Assembly: GCA_001791325.1 (NCBI GenBank)
Contig: MGEK01000003.1
Span: forward strand, 20,741 to 74,906
From: Candidatus Uhrbacteria bacterium RIFCSPLOWO2_01_FULL_47_25
GTDB taxonomy: Bacteria > Patescibacteriota > Patescibacteriia > GWA2-46-9
Direction of reading: 5' to 3'
DNA: 54,166 nucleotides
In this document: piece by piece, positions 19,024-27,207 of the stretch
Position numbering within the stretch: position 1 is the first letter of the stretch
Layout of the letters: each line of letters opens with the position of its first letter
Program-made: the position numbers and the translations under genes
Notes under the pieces: generated by a model
The model's input: the letters and a program-made list of their open reading frames with translations, nothing else
The model's database searches: none
Told to the model about the DNA's origin: nothing

Positions 19024-19881
19024 ATGACAAAAGTTACCACAGCGGTAATCCCAGCGGCCGGATTTGGCACACGTTTCCTGCCAGCCACTAAGGCCCAGCC
19101 CAAGGAAATGTTGACTGTGGTTGATAAACCAGTCATTCAGTACGTCGTTGAAGAAGCGGTAGCGGCTGGCATTACCGACATCATTATTATTACCGGGCAA
19201 AGCAAGCGCGCCATTGAAGATCATTTTGACAGAAACTTTGAGCTGGAAGCGCTTCTCCGAGAAAAGAAAAAAAAGAATGCCCTAAAGGAAGTTAAAAATA
19301 TATCTAACCTTGCTAATTTCATCTATATCCGCCAAAAAGAGCAACTGGGTGACGGCCACGCGGTGCTAGAAGCTAAATCGCTCCTGCGAGGACGGCCTTT
19401 CGCGGTGCTCTCGGGCGATGACATTATTGAGGGTTCAGAGTTAAAAGAAATGATTACCACGTATAATGAGTTCAGCGCACCAGTGGTCGCTGTAACCAGG
19501 GTGCCAAAACTAAATGTACAACGATACGGAATCATAGACGGCATTAAAATTCGCCACAATCTTTATCAGCTCACCAAGGTCGTGGAAAAGCCGAGTGTTA
19601 AAAAAGCTCCGTCTAACCTGGCTATTATTTTTCGCTATATTGTGACTCCCGAATTTTTGACAGTGCTTGAACGCACACCGCGCCGCCACGGGCATGAACT
19701 TCGCATGGCTGACGCCATGGCCCGCTACATTACTTATCATCCCGCTTATGGCTACCTGACTACCGGCACTTGGCATGATTGCGGCAGTAAGCTTGGACTG
19801 CTTAAAGCCTCGGTAACATACGGCTTAAAACATTCGGAAATAAAACGCGATTTCAAAAATTATCTTAAAACACTGTCATGA
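19024..19881 (+). CDS. galU: UTP--glucose-1-phosphate uridylyltransferase
   Basis: N-terminal AAGFGTRFLPATKAQPKEML..VDKPVIQYVVEEA. TATAAT (19012-19017) lies 6 nt upstream of the ATG and there is no SD. Confidence 0.9.
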   Translation: MTKVTTAVIPAAGFGTRFLPATKAQPKEMLTVVDKPVIQYVVEEAVAAGITDIIIITGQSKRAIEDHFDRNFELEALLREKKKKNALKEVKNISNLANFIYIRQKEQLGDGHAVLEAKSLLRGRPFAVLSGDDIIEGSELKEMITTYNEFSAPVVAVTRVPKLNVQRYGIIDGIKIRHNLYQLTKVVEKPSVKKAPSNLAIIFRYIVTPEFLTVLERTPRRHGHELRMADAMARYITYHPAYGYLTTGTWHDCGSKLGLLKASVTYGLKHSEIKRDFKNYLKTLS

Positions 19882-21269
19882 AACGCCACCGCCCCATTAT
19901 TCTTTTTGTGCTTTTGCTTGCCGCCTTGCCGCTGCTTGGTCTTAGATGCAAACCGCAAGTAACAGCCCAGCCGGTTAAGCTCACGTACTGGCGGGTTTTT
20001 GACGACCCAGACTCAATGCAAGAAATAATCAGCGCCTATCGCGCCATTCATCCCAACGTTAATATTGAATACAAAAAAATCCGCTATGAAGAATATGAAA
20101 AATTATTCTTGGAAGCGTTAGCCGAGGATCGCGGCCCTGACATTTTTTCCATACACAATACCTGGATAGGTAAATATCAACCCAAAATCTTGCCTCTGCC
20201 CAAAACGGTAACTCTGCCGTTTCAAAGCATTCAGGGCACGTTCAAAAAAGAAGTCATCACCGAGTTAAAAACTATGCCCACGATCACACCAGCGACTATC
20301 CGTAAAAATTATTTAGACGTGGTGGCAAGCGACGTAATAAGAAAGGCTAAAACTGAAGACAATAAAATAGAAGAGCAGGTTCTGGGATTACCATTGTCAG
20401 TTGATACATTGGTGCTTTTTTACAATAAGGATATTTTGAATGCCGCCGGCATTGCTACTGAACCCAAGGATTGGACTGAATTTCTTCGCGACGTAACCAA
20501 AATCACCAAATTTGACGAACAAGGAAATATTGCCGTAGCTGGGGCATCGCTCGGAACATCTAACAACATCCCCCGCTTCAACGACATTCTCTCTATTCTG
20601 ATGATGCAAAATGGCGCCACTATGACGGACGCTAACGGCTTTGCTACTTTTCACCTAGTACCGCCCGGATCCACGGATAAAACATATCGTCCGGGCATTG
20701 AAGCGTTACGCTTCTATACGGACTTTGCTTCGCTTAATAAAGAAGCCTATACCTGGAACGCGAGCATGCCTGATGCTCTGGAGGCTTTTACTACCGGCAA
20801 AACTGGTTTCTTTTTTGGCTATGCCTACCATATACCGACAATCAAGTCGCGAGCGCCGCAGCTTCGCTGGGCCATTGTTCCCTTGCCTCAAGCAGACGCG
20901 GAGCGTAACCGCATGAACATCGCCAATTATTGGGTAGAAACGGTGTCCAAAAAAACCAAGCACACCGACGAAGCCTGGGATTTTATTCAGTTTGCCGCTT
21001 CAGCCGCCCGAGTGGAAAGTTATCTTAATAAAACAAATAAACCAACGGCCCTGCGCGCCCTAGTGGAAAAACAGCAAAGCATACCGGAGCTGGAGGCTTT
21101 TGCCGGACAGCTCCTGACTGCCAAAAGCTGGTACCGCGGACGCGACGCTGGTCTTATGGAGTCGGCTATGGCTGACATGGTTACTGGAGCATTAGCGGCT
21201 ACAGAGCCGGGTAAGCTAGAGCAGGCTGTGAATTTGGCCATTCAGAGAATTAACCAGACCATCTACTAG
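19878..21269 (+). CDS. ABC-type extracellular solute (sugar)-binding protein
   Basis: 463 aa with a signal or lipoprotein-like N-terminus. SBP family-1-like composition. ATGA overlap with the galU stop. No permease or ATPase in the window. Confidence 0.6.
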   Translation: MKRHRPIILFVLLLAALPLLGLRCKPQVTAQPVKLTYWRVFDDPDSMQEIISAYRAIHPNVNIEYKKIRYEEYEKLFLEALAEDRGPDIFSIHNTWIGKYQPKILPLPKTVTLPFQSIQGTFKKEVITELKTMPTITPATIRKNYLDVVASDVIRKAKTEDNKIEEQVLGLPLSVDTLVLFYNKDILNAAGIATEPKDWTEFLRDVTKITKFDEQGNIAVAGASLGTSNNIPRFNDILSILMMQNGATMTDANGFATFHLVPPGSTDKTYRPGIEALRFYTDFASLNKEAYTWNASMPDALEAFTTGKTGFFFGYAYHIPTIKSRAPQLRWAIVPLPQADAERNRMNIANYWVETVSKKTKHTDEAWDFIQFAASAARVESYLNKTNKPTALRALVEKQQSIPELEAFAGQLLTAKSWYRGRDAGLMESAMADMVTGALAATEPGKLEQAVNLAIQRINQTIY

Positions 21270-21310
21270 TCCACTAACGAACACTAATGTTTTACTAATT
21301 AACACCAATC

Positions 21311-21772
21311 ATGACCAAGCGAATACTAGTCGTAATTGTCCTAATTGCGCTAACAGCGCCGTCTATTGCCAATGCCGCCTTCCCAGAAGACCCACTAATC
21401 CCTTCGGGGTGCATAAGTAGTCAGGGATATGATGCACAGGGCCGACCCTTACCCAGAGAAGAATGCGGACTTAAAGAGATGGTTAAGGTGGCTGTGAATA
21501 TCTCAAAACTCATTCTCGGAGTCCTGGGCAGTGTCACTCTATTATTTTTTATCTATGGCGGCTTTGTCTGGATAACTGCCGCGGGAAATACCCAACGTAT
21601 TGAACAAGGTAAAAAAGTTTTTGAAAGCGCTTTGGTTGGCCTAATTATTGTTTTGTCTTCATGGCTGATTATTTACTTTATTACGGCGGCCTTGACCGGA
21701 ACGCCAGTCGGCGAACAGGTAAAACTCTTTAATGGCGGCGGGGAGCCCTTCCAACTGCCGCCAGAACGGTAA
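21311..21772 (+). CDS. TrbC/VirB2-like T4SS pilin family protein, paralog 1
   Basis: Signal peptide, variable region, TM, then YGGFVWITAAGN..RIEQG, then a second TM. Confidence 0.7.
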   Translation: MTKRILVVIVLIALTAPSIANAAFPEDPLIPSGCISSQGYDAQGRPLPREECGLKEMVKVAVNISKLILGVLGSVTLLFFIYGGFVWITAAGNTQRIEQGKKVFESALVGLIIVLSSWLIIYFITAALTGTPVGEQVKLFNGGGEPFQLPPER

Positions 21773-21804
21773 TACATTGGCTTTTTTGCATCTGGTGGCA
21801 AACA

Positions 21805-21833
21805 TTGACGACATCGGCTTACTTTTGTATGAT
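21805..21833 (+). promoter_or_regulatory. sigma70-like promoter TTGACG-N17-TATGAT
   Basis: -35 at 21805-21810 and -10 at 21828-21833, upstream of pilin paralog 2. Confidence 0.5.
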
Positions 21834-21895
21834 TATCCTTAAGGAATCTTAATTGGTAAAAGACTTAACACCATTAGAGAAAAGGGGGTGATAAC

Positions 21896-22267
21896 ATGAA
21901 CAAACAGTTTATCAAACGCTTGGTGGCTACCGGTTCTGCTGTCGCCCTTTTGGCTCCTTTGGCCGTATTGGCACAGGTGGATTATGGCACTACACTGGGG
22001 GAGCAATTTGGACTCGGCACGGGTACTGATGTAAAAGGCGCCATTATCAATATTATTAAATTCCTCCTAACTTTCCTCGGTCTAATCGCCGTGATTATAG
22101 TACTATATGGCGGCTTCCAGTGGATGACCGCAGCTGGCAACGAAGAGAAGATTACCTCGGCTCGCTCAACCCTTACTGCCGGTCTTATTGGTTTAGTTAT
22201 TATTCTGGCGGCTTACGCTATCACCTCATTTATCATTCAGACCGTTGTATCCGAGGTCACGAACTAA
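21896..22267 (+). CDS. TrbC/VirB2-like T4SS pilin family protein, paralog 2
   Basis: YGGFQWMTAAGNEEKI motif between two TMs. SD-like AAGGGGGTGA lies 4 nt upstream. Confidence 0.75.
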   Translation: MNKQFIKRLVATGSAVALLAPLAVLAQVDYGTTLGEQFGLGTGTDVKGAIINIIKFLLTFLGLIAVIIVLYGGFQWMTAAGNEEKITSARSTLTAGLIGLVIILAAYAITSFIIQTVVSEVTN

Positions 22268-22289
22268 TACTGATTGATGATTTTTCTAT

Positions 22290-22320
22290 ACACCCCTCCC
22301 CAAAATTTGGGGAGGGGTGT
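22290..22320 (+). terminator. 12-bp GC hairpin after pilin paralog 2
   Basis: acacccctcccc-aaaattt-ggggaggggtgt followed by attatatatt. Confidence 0.55.
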
Positions 22321-22344
22321 ATTATATATTCATACCAAAAAGCT

Positions 22345-22779
22345 ATGTCTGCCCAGTATATAGTACAATGCCCCCGTTATCGTGCTATTTTTGTATTGAC
22401 TATATTAATGACCACGTTCCTCATAGCGCCGACGAACGAGGTTGCTGCCGTTGAATGCGGCCCGAATGACCCGTATGGAACCAATTGCACGGCCGCCAAC
22501 GCCAATCTCAAGCCCACAACCTCCTTAACCCCTCAACAAGAAATCAACAAACTAATTGCCACCATCATTAAAACCATCCTTGGCCTCACTGGCGTTATTT
22601 TTATGATTATGATCGTAGCGGCGGGCGACTTATGGATGACGGCTGGAGGCAACGAAGAAAAAATTACTAAAGCCAGAACCATGCTTTTTAACGCGGCAGT
22701 TGGCATTCTTCTTGTTTTTGGCGCCTATATTGCCACGGAATTTATCACCACCGTAGCCATTGAAGCAATAGGAGGATGA
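22345..22779 (+). CDS. TrbC/VirB2-like T4SS pilin family protein, paralog 3
   Basis: ORF 22120..22779 trimmed to the ATG at 22345 (MSAQYIV). Motif AAGDLWMTAGGNEEKI. Confidence 0.7.
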   Translation: MSAQYIVQCPRYRAIFVLTILMTTFLIAPTNEVAAVECGPNDPYGTNCTAANANLKPTTSLTPQQEINKLIATIIKTILGLTGVIFMIMIVAAGDLWMTAGGNEEKITKARTMLFNAAVGILLVFGAYIATEFITTVAIEAIGG

Positions 22780-22935
22780 CATTAGTGAAGAATATAGAAT
22801 ATGGAATTTAGAATATTGAATCAGGAATCATGAATATTAAGTCCCAATGACAAAATTTGACATTGATTCTACATACTACTCACTACATACTACCCATTAT
22901 CTCTACTGATACTTCAACCCTGATTCACGAATAAT

Positions 22936-23364
22936 ATGTTCTCTTCCCTATATTATAGCCGCCTATATAAAACCTTTCTCCTCTGGCTTGCCTTTGGCCC
23001 TCTAATGGCGCAAGCAGAGACACTCACTAATATAGTTAAAGACCCGCTCAAAGACGTGGCAGAAAAAGCGTTTCTAATTAAAAGAGGCGCGACCGTGGGC
23101 TCTCCCTTAGACCTTTTTGGTCTATATTTATCGCTAATGTTGGGATTCGCGGGCGTTGTTTTTATTGTTGAAGTTGTTCACGGCGGCTATATGTGGATGA
23201 CAGCCGGCGGCAATGAGGAACAAATCAAAAAAGCCATAAGCAGAATTACCAATGGCGCGGTTGGCGCGGCCGTTATTTTCTTTGCCTATTTGATTACCGC
23301 CTTCGCCTTAGGCCTGATAACGGAAGGAGCGGGTATAGACGCGGGGTTTACCCAGCCCGAATAA
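22936..23364 (+). CDS. TrbC/VirB2-like T4SS pilin family protein, paralog 4
   Basis: Motif HGGYMWMTAGGNEEQI. Confidence 0.7.
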   Translation: MFSSLYYSRLYKTFLLWLAFGPLMAQAETLTNIVKDPLKDVAEKAFLIKRGATVGSPLDLFGLYLSLMLGFAGVVFIVEVVHGGYMWMTAGGNEEQIKKAISRITNGAVGAAVIFFAYLITAFALGLITEGAGIDAGFTQPE

Positions 23365-23377
23365 TAACCACAAATCA

Positions 23378-23821
23378 GTGAAACGAATTATTAATTCAAT
23401 TATTTTGAGCATAGTAGTTGGCTCTGGCCTATTGCTGGCTACTCCTGTCCTGGCCGCATCTCCAGCAGAAAAATGCCCAATAGATCCATCTGTTTCTTTT
23501 GCGAATGTTCTTCGCCGCGTGGCCTGCACGGCCGGATTTATTCCAGCGAGCGACACCTCAACCCCTAATGAAGGAGATATCGCCAGAATTATCGGAACAT
23601 TCATTAACATAGCGCTCGGTTTTGCCGGAGTGGTTTTTGTTGTTCTTATTCTTTATGGAGGGTGGCTCTGGGGATCGGCTAGGGGCAACGAAGAGCAGGT
23701 GCAAGAGGCTGAAAAATTAATACGCAATGCCGTTTTGGGAATAATTATAGTTTTTGCGGTATTTACCATTTCCCGATTTGTGATTAGTGCCATGGAATTG
23801 GGTTTTACAAACAGGGTTTAA
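23378..23821 (+). CDS. TrbC/VirB2-like T4SS pilin family protein, paralog 5
   Basis: GTG start. Motif YGGWLWGSARGNEEQV. Confidence 0.7.
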   Translation: MKRIINSIILSIVVGSGLLLATPVLAASPAEKCPIDPSVSFANVLRRVACTAGFIPASDTSTPNEGDIARIIGTFINIALGFAGVVFVVLILYGGWLWGSARGNEEQVQEAEKLIRNAVLGIIIVFAVFTISRFVISAMELGFTNRV

Positions 23822-23822
23822 T

Positions 23823-24236
23823 ATGAAAAACAAAAGACATTCAGCTTTTGCCGCCATTATCTACACAATTATTGGAGCGCTAACAGCCCCGACGCAAATA
23901 CTGGCGCAAAGTAATCCCACAAACAAAGCCAAGGACCTGCTTAACTCTCTAGAAAATGGCGCTGGTATCACTGAAACTTTAACGCCCGAACAGATAATAG
24001 CCAACTTGATACAAATCGCGCTCGGAGTAGTAGGTCTCATCCTAATTGTCCTAATTATTTACGGCGGCTGGCTCTGGGGATCAGCCAGAGGCAATGAGGA
24101 ACGAGTCACCCAGGCGCAAAATCTAATTCGTAATGCTGTTATTGGCGTAATTATTATTTTTAGCGCGTACTTTATCACGGCCTTTGTGGTTGGCAAAATC
24201 GGTGAAGCCGTATTTGAACCACTATTTCCTTTTTGA
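23823..24236 (+). CDS. TrbC/VirB2-like T4SS pilin family protein, paralog 6
   Basis: ORF 23787..24236 trimmed to the ATG at 23823 (MKNKRHS). Motif YGGWLWGSARGNEERV. Confidence 0.7.
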   Translation: MKNKRHSAFAAIIYTIIGALTAPTQILAQSNPTNKAKDLLNSLENGAGITETLTPEQIIANLIQIALGVVGLILIVLIIYGGWLWGSARGNEERVTQAQNLIRNAVIGVIIIFSAYFITAFVVGKIGEAVFEPLFPF

Positions 24237-24243
24237 AACTATG

Positions 24244-24388
24244 CCCCGTTAGAAGTCTGACTTAGCATAATCATCAATCTTTTGCCCATGATACAATTCA
24301 TTAACCAATTGAATACTATCCCGCAGAGCGGGACCAAAGAATATAAAATTATCTTAAGAATTTTATATTCCCATGACTTCTAACGGGG
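24244..24388. mobile_element. TIR miniature element copy 6
   Basis: Perfect 14-bp arms ccccgttagaagtc (24244-24257) and gacttctaacgggg (24375-24388). Exact TATG duplication at 24240-24243 and 24389-24392. Internal hairpin at 24339-24370 and GC micro-palindrome tcccgcagagcggga. Confidence 0.8.
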
Positions 24389-24389
24389 T

Positions 24390-24797
24390 ATGAAAATTTT
24401 TCTGCTGGCAATTGTTCTAATATCCGAAGTATTTGTACTGACTACTAGGCCAGTTCGGGCTCAAACCGGCCCCCTCATCATGATCAAGGATAAACTGGAA
24501 CCGATCGCCGACGTATTCAATCAGCCTGGTCTTTTGGGAGGAAGCATAGATCCACAGGCGGCCTTGATCAGCCGAGTTGTGGCAATCGTTAATATCTTTC
24601 TTGGATTCTTTGGCCTCATTTTTATTATTCTAATTTTTTATGGAGGATATTTATGGATGACAGCCGCGGGAAATGAACAAAGGGTGGAAGAAGCGCAAAA
24701 TGTATTAAGAAGGGCGATTATTGGCGTGGTGATTGTGCTTAGCGCTGGAGTCGTCACGAACACGATTATCCTCCAGGTTTTAGACGCAGTCTTTTAA
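24390..24797 (+). CDS. TrbC/VirB2-like T4SS pilin family protein, paralog 7
   Basis: Motif YGGYLWMTAAGNEQRV. The ATG lies within the right TSD of element copy 6. Confidence 0.7.
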   Translation: MKIFLLAIVLISEVFVLTTRPVRAQTGPLIMIKDKLEPIADVFNQPGLLGGSIDPQAALISRVVAIVNIFLGFFGLIFIILIFYGGYLWMTAAGNEQRVEEAQNVLRRAIIGVVIVLSAGVVTNTIILQVLDAVF

Positions 24798-24810
24798 TTT
24801 AACAACAAGA

Positions 24811-24848
24811 AAAGCAGAGGATGGTAAAGTGATCACAACCTCTGCTTT
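24811..24848 (-). terminator. 10-bp hairpin downstream of the lipoprotein gene
   Basis: aaagcagagg...cctctgcttt, followed on the minus strand by tcttgttgtt. Confidence 0.45.
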
Positions 24849-24870
24849 ATGTCCCAAGAACCGCTGGCGA

Positions 24871-25257
24871 TCAGTACCAGCAGACGCCCGGGAAGTATTC
24901 TTCCCCTTTATTTCCCCGACATGGGCGCTGGCCACTCGGAGCAGAGTAATGCAGCTCCTTGGGGCTATCCGACGGCGCACGGTCATGGCCGTATGTTTTG
25001 CAAACATCCAGCTTGGCATGCTCGGGGTCAGCACAAAATCTGCTGAACTGCAGACGATCCGCGGCATTACCGCAATCAATCACCCCCTCCGAGGTCACGT
25101 TGTAGGTTTCACACATGACCGTTTGGCCATCCGACAGGACAATCCGTGCCTGCCTAGAACCGCACCCGACCAACAAAAAAATCAGCCACGCCGACACTCC
25201 CGTCAAGACTAGAACCAAAAGAACTTTCGCGACTGGCCTCTGTCCTCCGCTTTTCAT
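24871..25257 (-). CDS. hypothetical lipoprotein (GC-rich islet)
   Basis: Lipobox LLVGC after a hydrophobic signal. Cys-rich mature part. AAGGAGGG directly upstream. GC-rich. Confidence 0.55.
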   Translation of the reverse strand: MKSGGQRPVAKVLLVLVLTGVSAWLIFLLVGCGSRQARIVLSDGQTVMCETYNVTSEGVIDCGNAADRLQFSRFCADPEHAKLDVCKTYGHDRAPSDSPKELHYSAPSGQRPCRGNKGEEYFPGVCWY

Positions 25258-25353
25258 TTGCCCTCCTTGCCCCGCCTTGAGCGGGGATTGTTATATTTTT
25301 TTGTTTCTGCTACCTATACCATAGGAATGCCACCTTACTGCTGAAGCGCGTAT

Positions 25354-25383
25354 TTGTCAATACTCGCGTTATTGCTTTACAAT
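25354..25383 (+). promoter_or_regulatory. promoter-like TTGTCA-N18-TACAAT
   Basis: -35 at 25354-25359 and -10 at 25378-25383, about 200 nt upstream of the GT39-like gene. Confidence 0.4.
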
Positions 25384-25582
25384 GAATTTATTCTCCTTAG
25401 CCGAATACTCTGTCGGTCTTGGCCTACTTTGCAGAAGTCCCGCCGAACGGAACGAAGCATGGGGCATGGCTTCGCCCGTCCTCCGCAGTAGCTGCGCTAC
25501 AGCTACGGAGGATAGAGAAGAATGAAAATAGAGAGATACCCCCTAGATTGTTAGAGGGAGTACAAATGAGTTTCATATACCT

Positions 25583-27196
25583 ATGAGCAATCCTTTTCAA
25601 CGGCAGTTATTTTTTTTAAACGAACAAAATTCGCGTCTCGCAGAAATCATAATTATCGGCGCAATTGCCGCGCTTTCTCTTGCCCTCGGGTTGTGGAACA
25701 TCAGCGGAGACTTGCCCTATGCTTCACGCATTGATGAAAGCATATTTGTGAACAGCGCGGTAAACATGGCCGCCACTGGCGACTTGAATCCCCGATGGTT
25801 CGGCAATCCCGGTTCAACGGTTATTTATCCACTAGCCGCTGTATATGCGATTCAAAACTTCACCTCTAACAGTTATTCTTTTAATAAATTCTCCGAACAC
25901 CTAACAAGCCGTCTGTTGGCAAATCCATCGGACTTATATTTAATCGGTCGTTTTTTTGTTTTGTTTTACGCCGTGCTTACTATCGCGATTGTGTATTTGA
26001 TTGGTCGCGATTTTTTTGACCGCAAAGTTGGGTTATTGGCCATTTGGCTAATGGCTATTTATCCGATATTTATTATTCATAGTCAATGGGTGCGATCAGA
26101 TACAGCAAGCATATTTTTTGGCTATTTAGCCTTATGGTTGATGCTCAAATTAAATGATAGACCAACCAAAAAAAATTATATTCTCACCGGCGCGTCAATA
26201 GGATTGGCCATGGCCAGTCGCTATTTTTTTCTGGCGCTTTTGGTTCTATTTATATTAAACCATTTTTTCTTTTTACGAAATAATTCCGCTAAAACTTGGG
26301 GTAAACTGACGCTAGGGATTGCCTCCGCCTTGATTTTTTTCGCCGTCACAACGCCATACTTTTTTCTGGACTTACCTACATCCATGGCCAACTTAGTTCT
26401 TGAGGCGCGGACTCTTCAGCCCGGGGCTGATGGCTTTTCTCCGTTTGGAAATTTTAGCTGGTATATCTTTAGGGCTATTCCGTGGAGTATTTCATGGCCA
26501 CAGTTTTTGCTCGCACTGGGGGGATTATTATTTGTCATAAAGCAGCGAAAAACTCCACAGCTGCTTATGGCTATTTTTTTAATTATCTATATACTAGAAA
26601 TAAGCCTATCGCCTCTACACTGGCAGCGCTGGATTATTCCCATATTGCCGATACTGGCCATACTCGTGGTGCAGGCGCTCGTCAAAATTATTACGTATCT
26701 AGCTTACCGTCTTAAACTTCATCCCTCTTTAAGCTCAATCATCGCAGCATTGGCAATTATTTTTATATCAATTCCTCCTTTGGGTGATATTTATTCAATT
26801 AACTTAAACCGACAGCAAGTTAGCAACCAAGTATTGGTTGGGCATTGGATACAAAACAACTTACCGGTAAATGGCCTTATCGCTTATGAGTTCTCTCCAG
26901 ATCCGTTACTTAGCACCGATACTAGAATACATCAGGGCCTGCCGCTCGCCGTTATGGGCACGGTCAGTTGGTACAAACAACAAGCCTATCGTTATATTAT
27001 TATAAGTGAGGAAGAACGGCAGTGGTTGACGCAAACGCCGAATCGTTATGGCGCTCTGTCAGTCTTTTATAAAGATCTTGACGAACAAGGTTTGTTATTA
27101 AAGTCTTTCCCTTCTAGAACCAAATGCCCTCGTTCGCTGGGAGATCAGTTCTGCGGATCTCCGGCCATAAAAATATATGAACTGTCTGATAACTAA
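25583..27196 (+). CDS. GT-C membrane glycosyltransferase (family 39 / ArnT-PMT-like)
   Basis: 537 aa and polytopic. N-terminal loop with DE motif (RIDESIFVNSA) typical of PMT_2/ArnT-type enzymes. Confidence 0.65.
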   Translation: MSNPFQRQLFFLNEQNSRLAEIIIIGAIAALSLALGLWNISGDLPYASRIDESIFVNSAVNMAATGDLNPRWFGNPGSTVIYPLAAVYAIQNFTSNSYSFNKFSEHLTSRLLANPSDLYLIGRFFVLFYAVLTIAIVYLIGRDFFDRKVGLLAIWLMAIYPIFIIHSQWVRSDTASIFFGYLALWLMLKLNDRPTKKNYILTGASIGLAMASRYFFLALLVLFILNHFFFLRNNSAKTWGKLTLGIASALIFFAVTTPYFFLDLPTSMANLVLEARTLQPGADGFSPFGNFSWYIFRAIPWSISWPQFLLALGGLLFVIKQRKTPQLLMAIFLIIYILEISLSPLHWQRWIIPILPILAILVVQALVKIITYLAYRLKLHPSLSSIIAALAIIFISIPPLGDIYSINLNRQQVSNQVLVGHWIQNNLPVNGLIAYEFSPDPLLSTDTRIHQGLPLAVMGTVSWYKQQAYRYIIISEEERQWLTQTPNRYGALSVFYKDLDEQGLLLKSFPSRTKCPRSLGDQFCGSPAIKIYELSDN

Positions 27197-27207
27197 TTTT
27201 TTCAATA

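Noticed and set aside
22120-22344. N-terminal extension of pilin paralog 3 (ORF starts at 22120)
   Set aside because: The extension overlaps the end of paralog 2 and the terminator hairpin. The internal ATG at 22345 gives the signal-peptide-first architecture shared by all paralogs.
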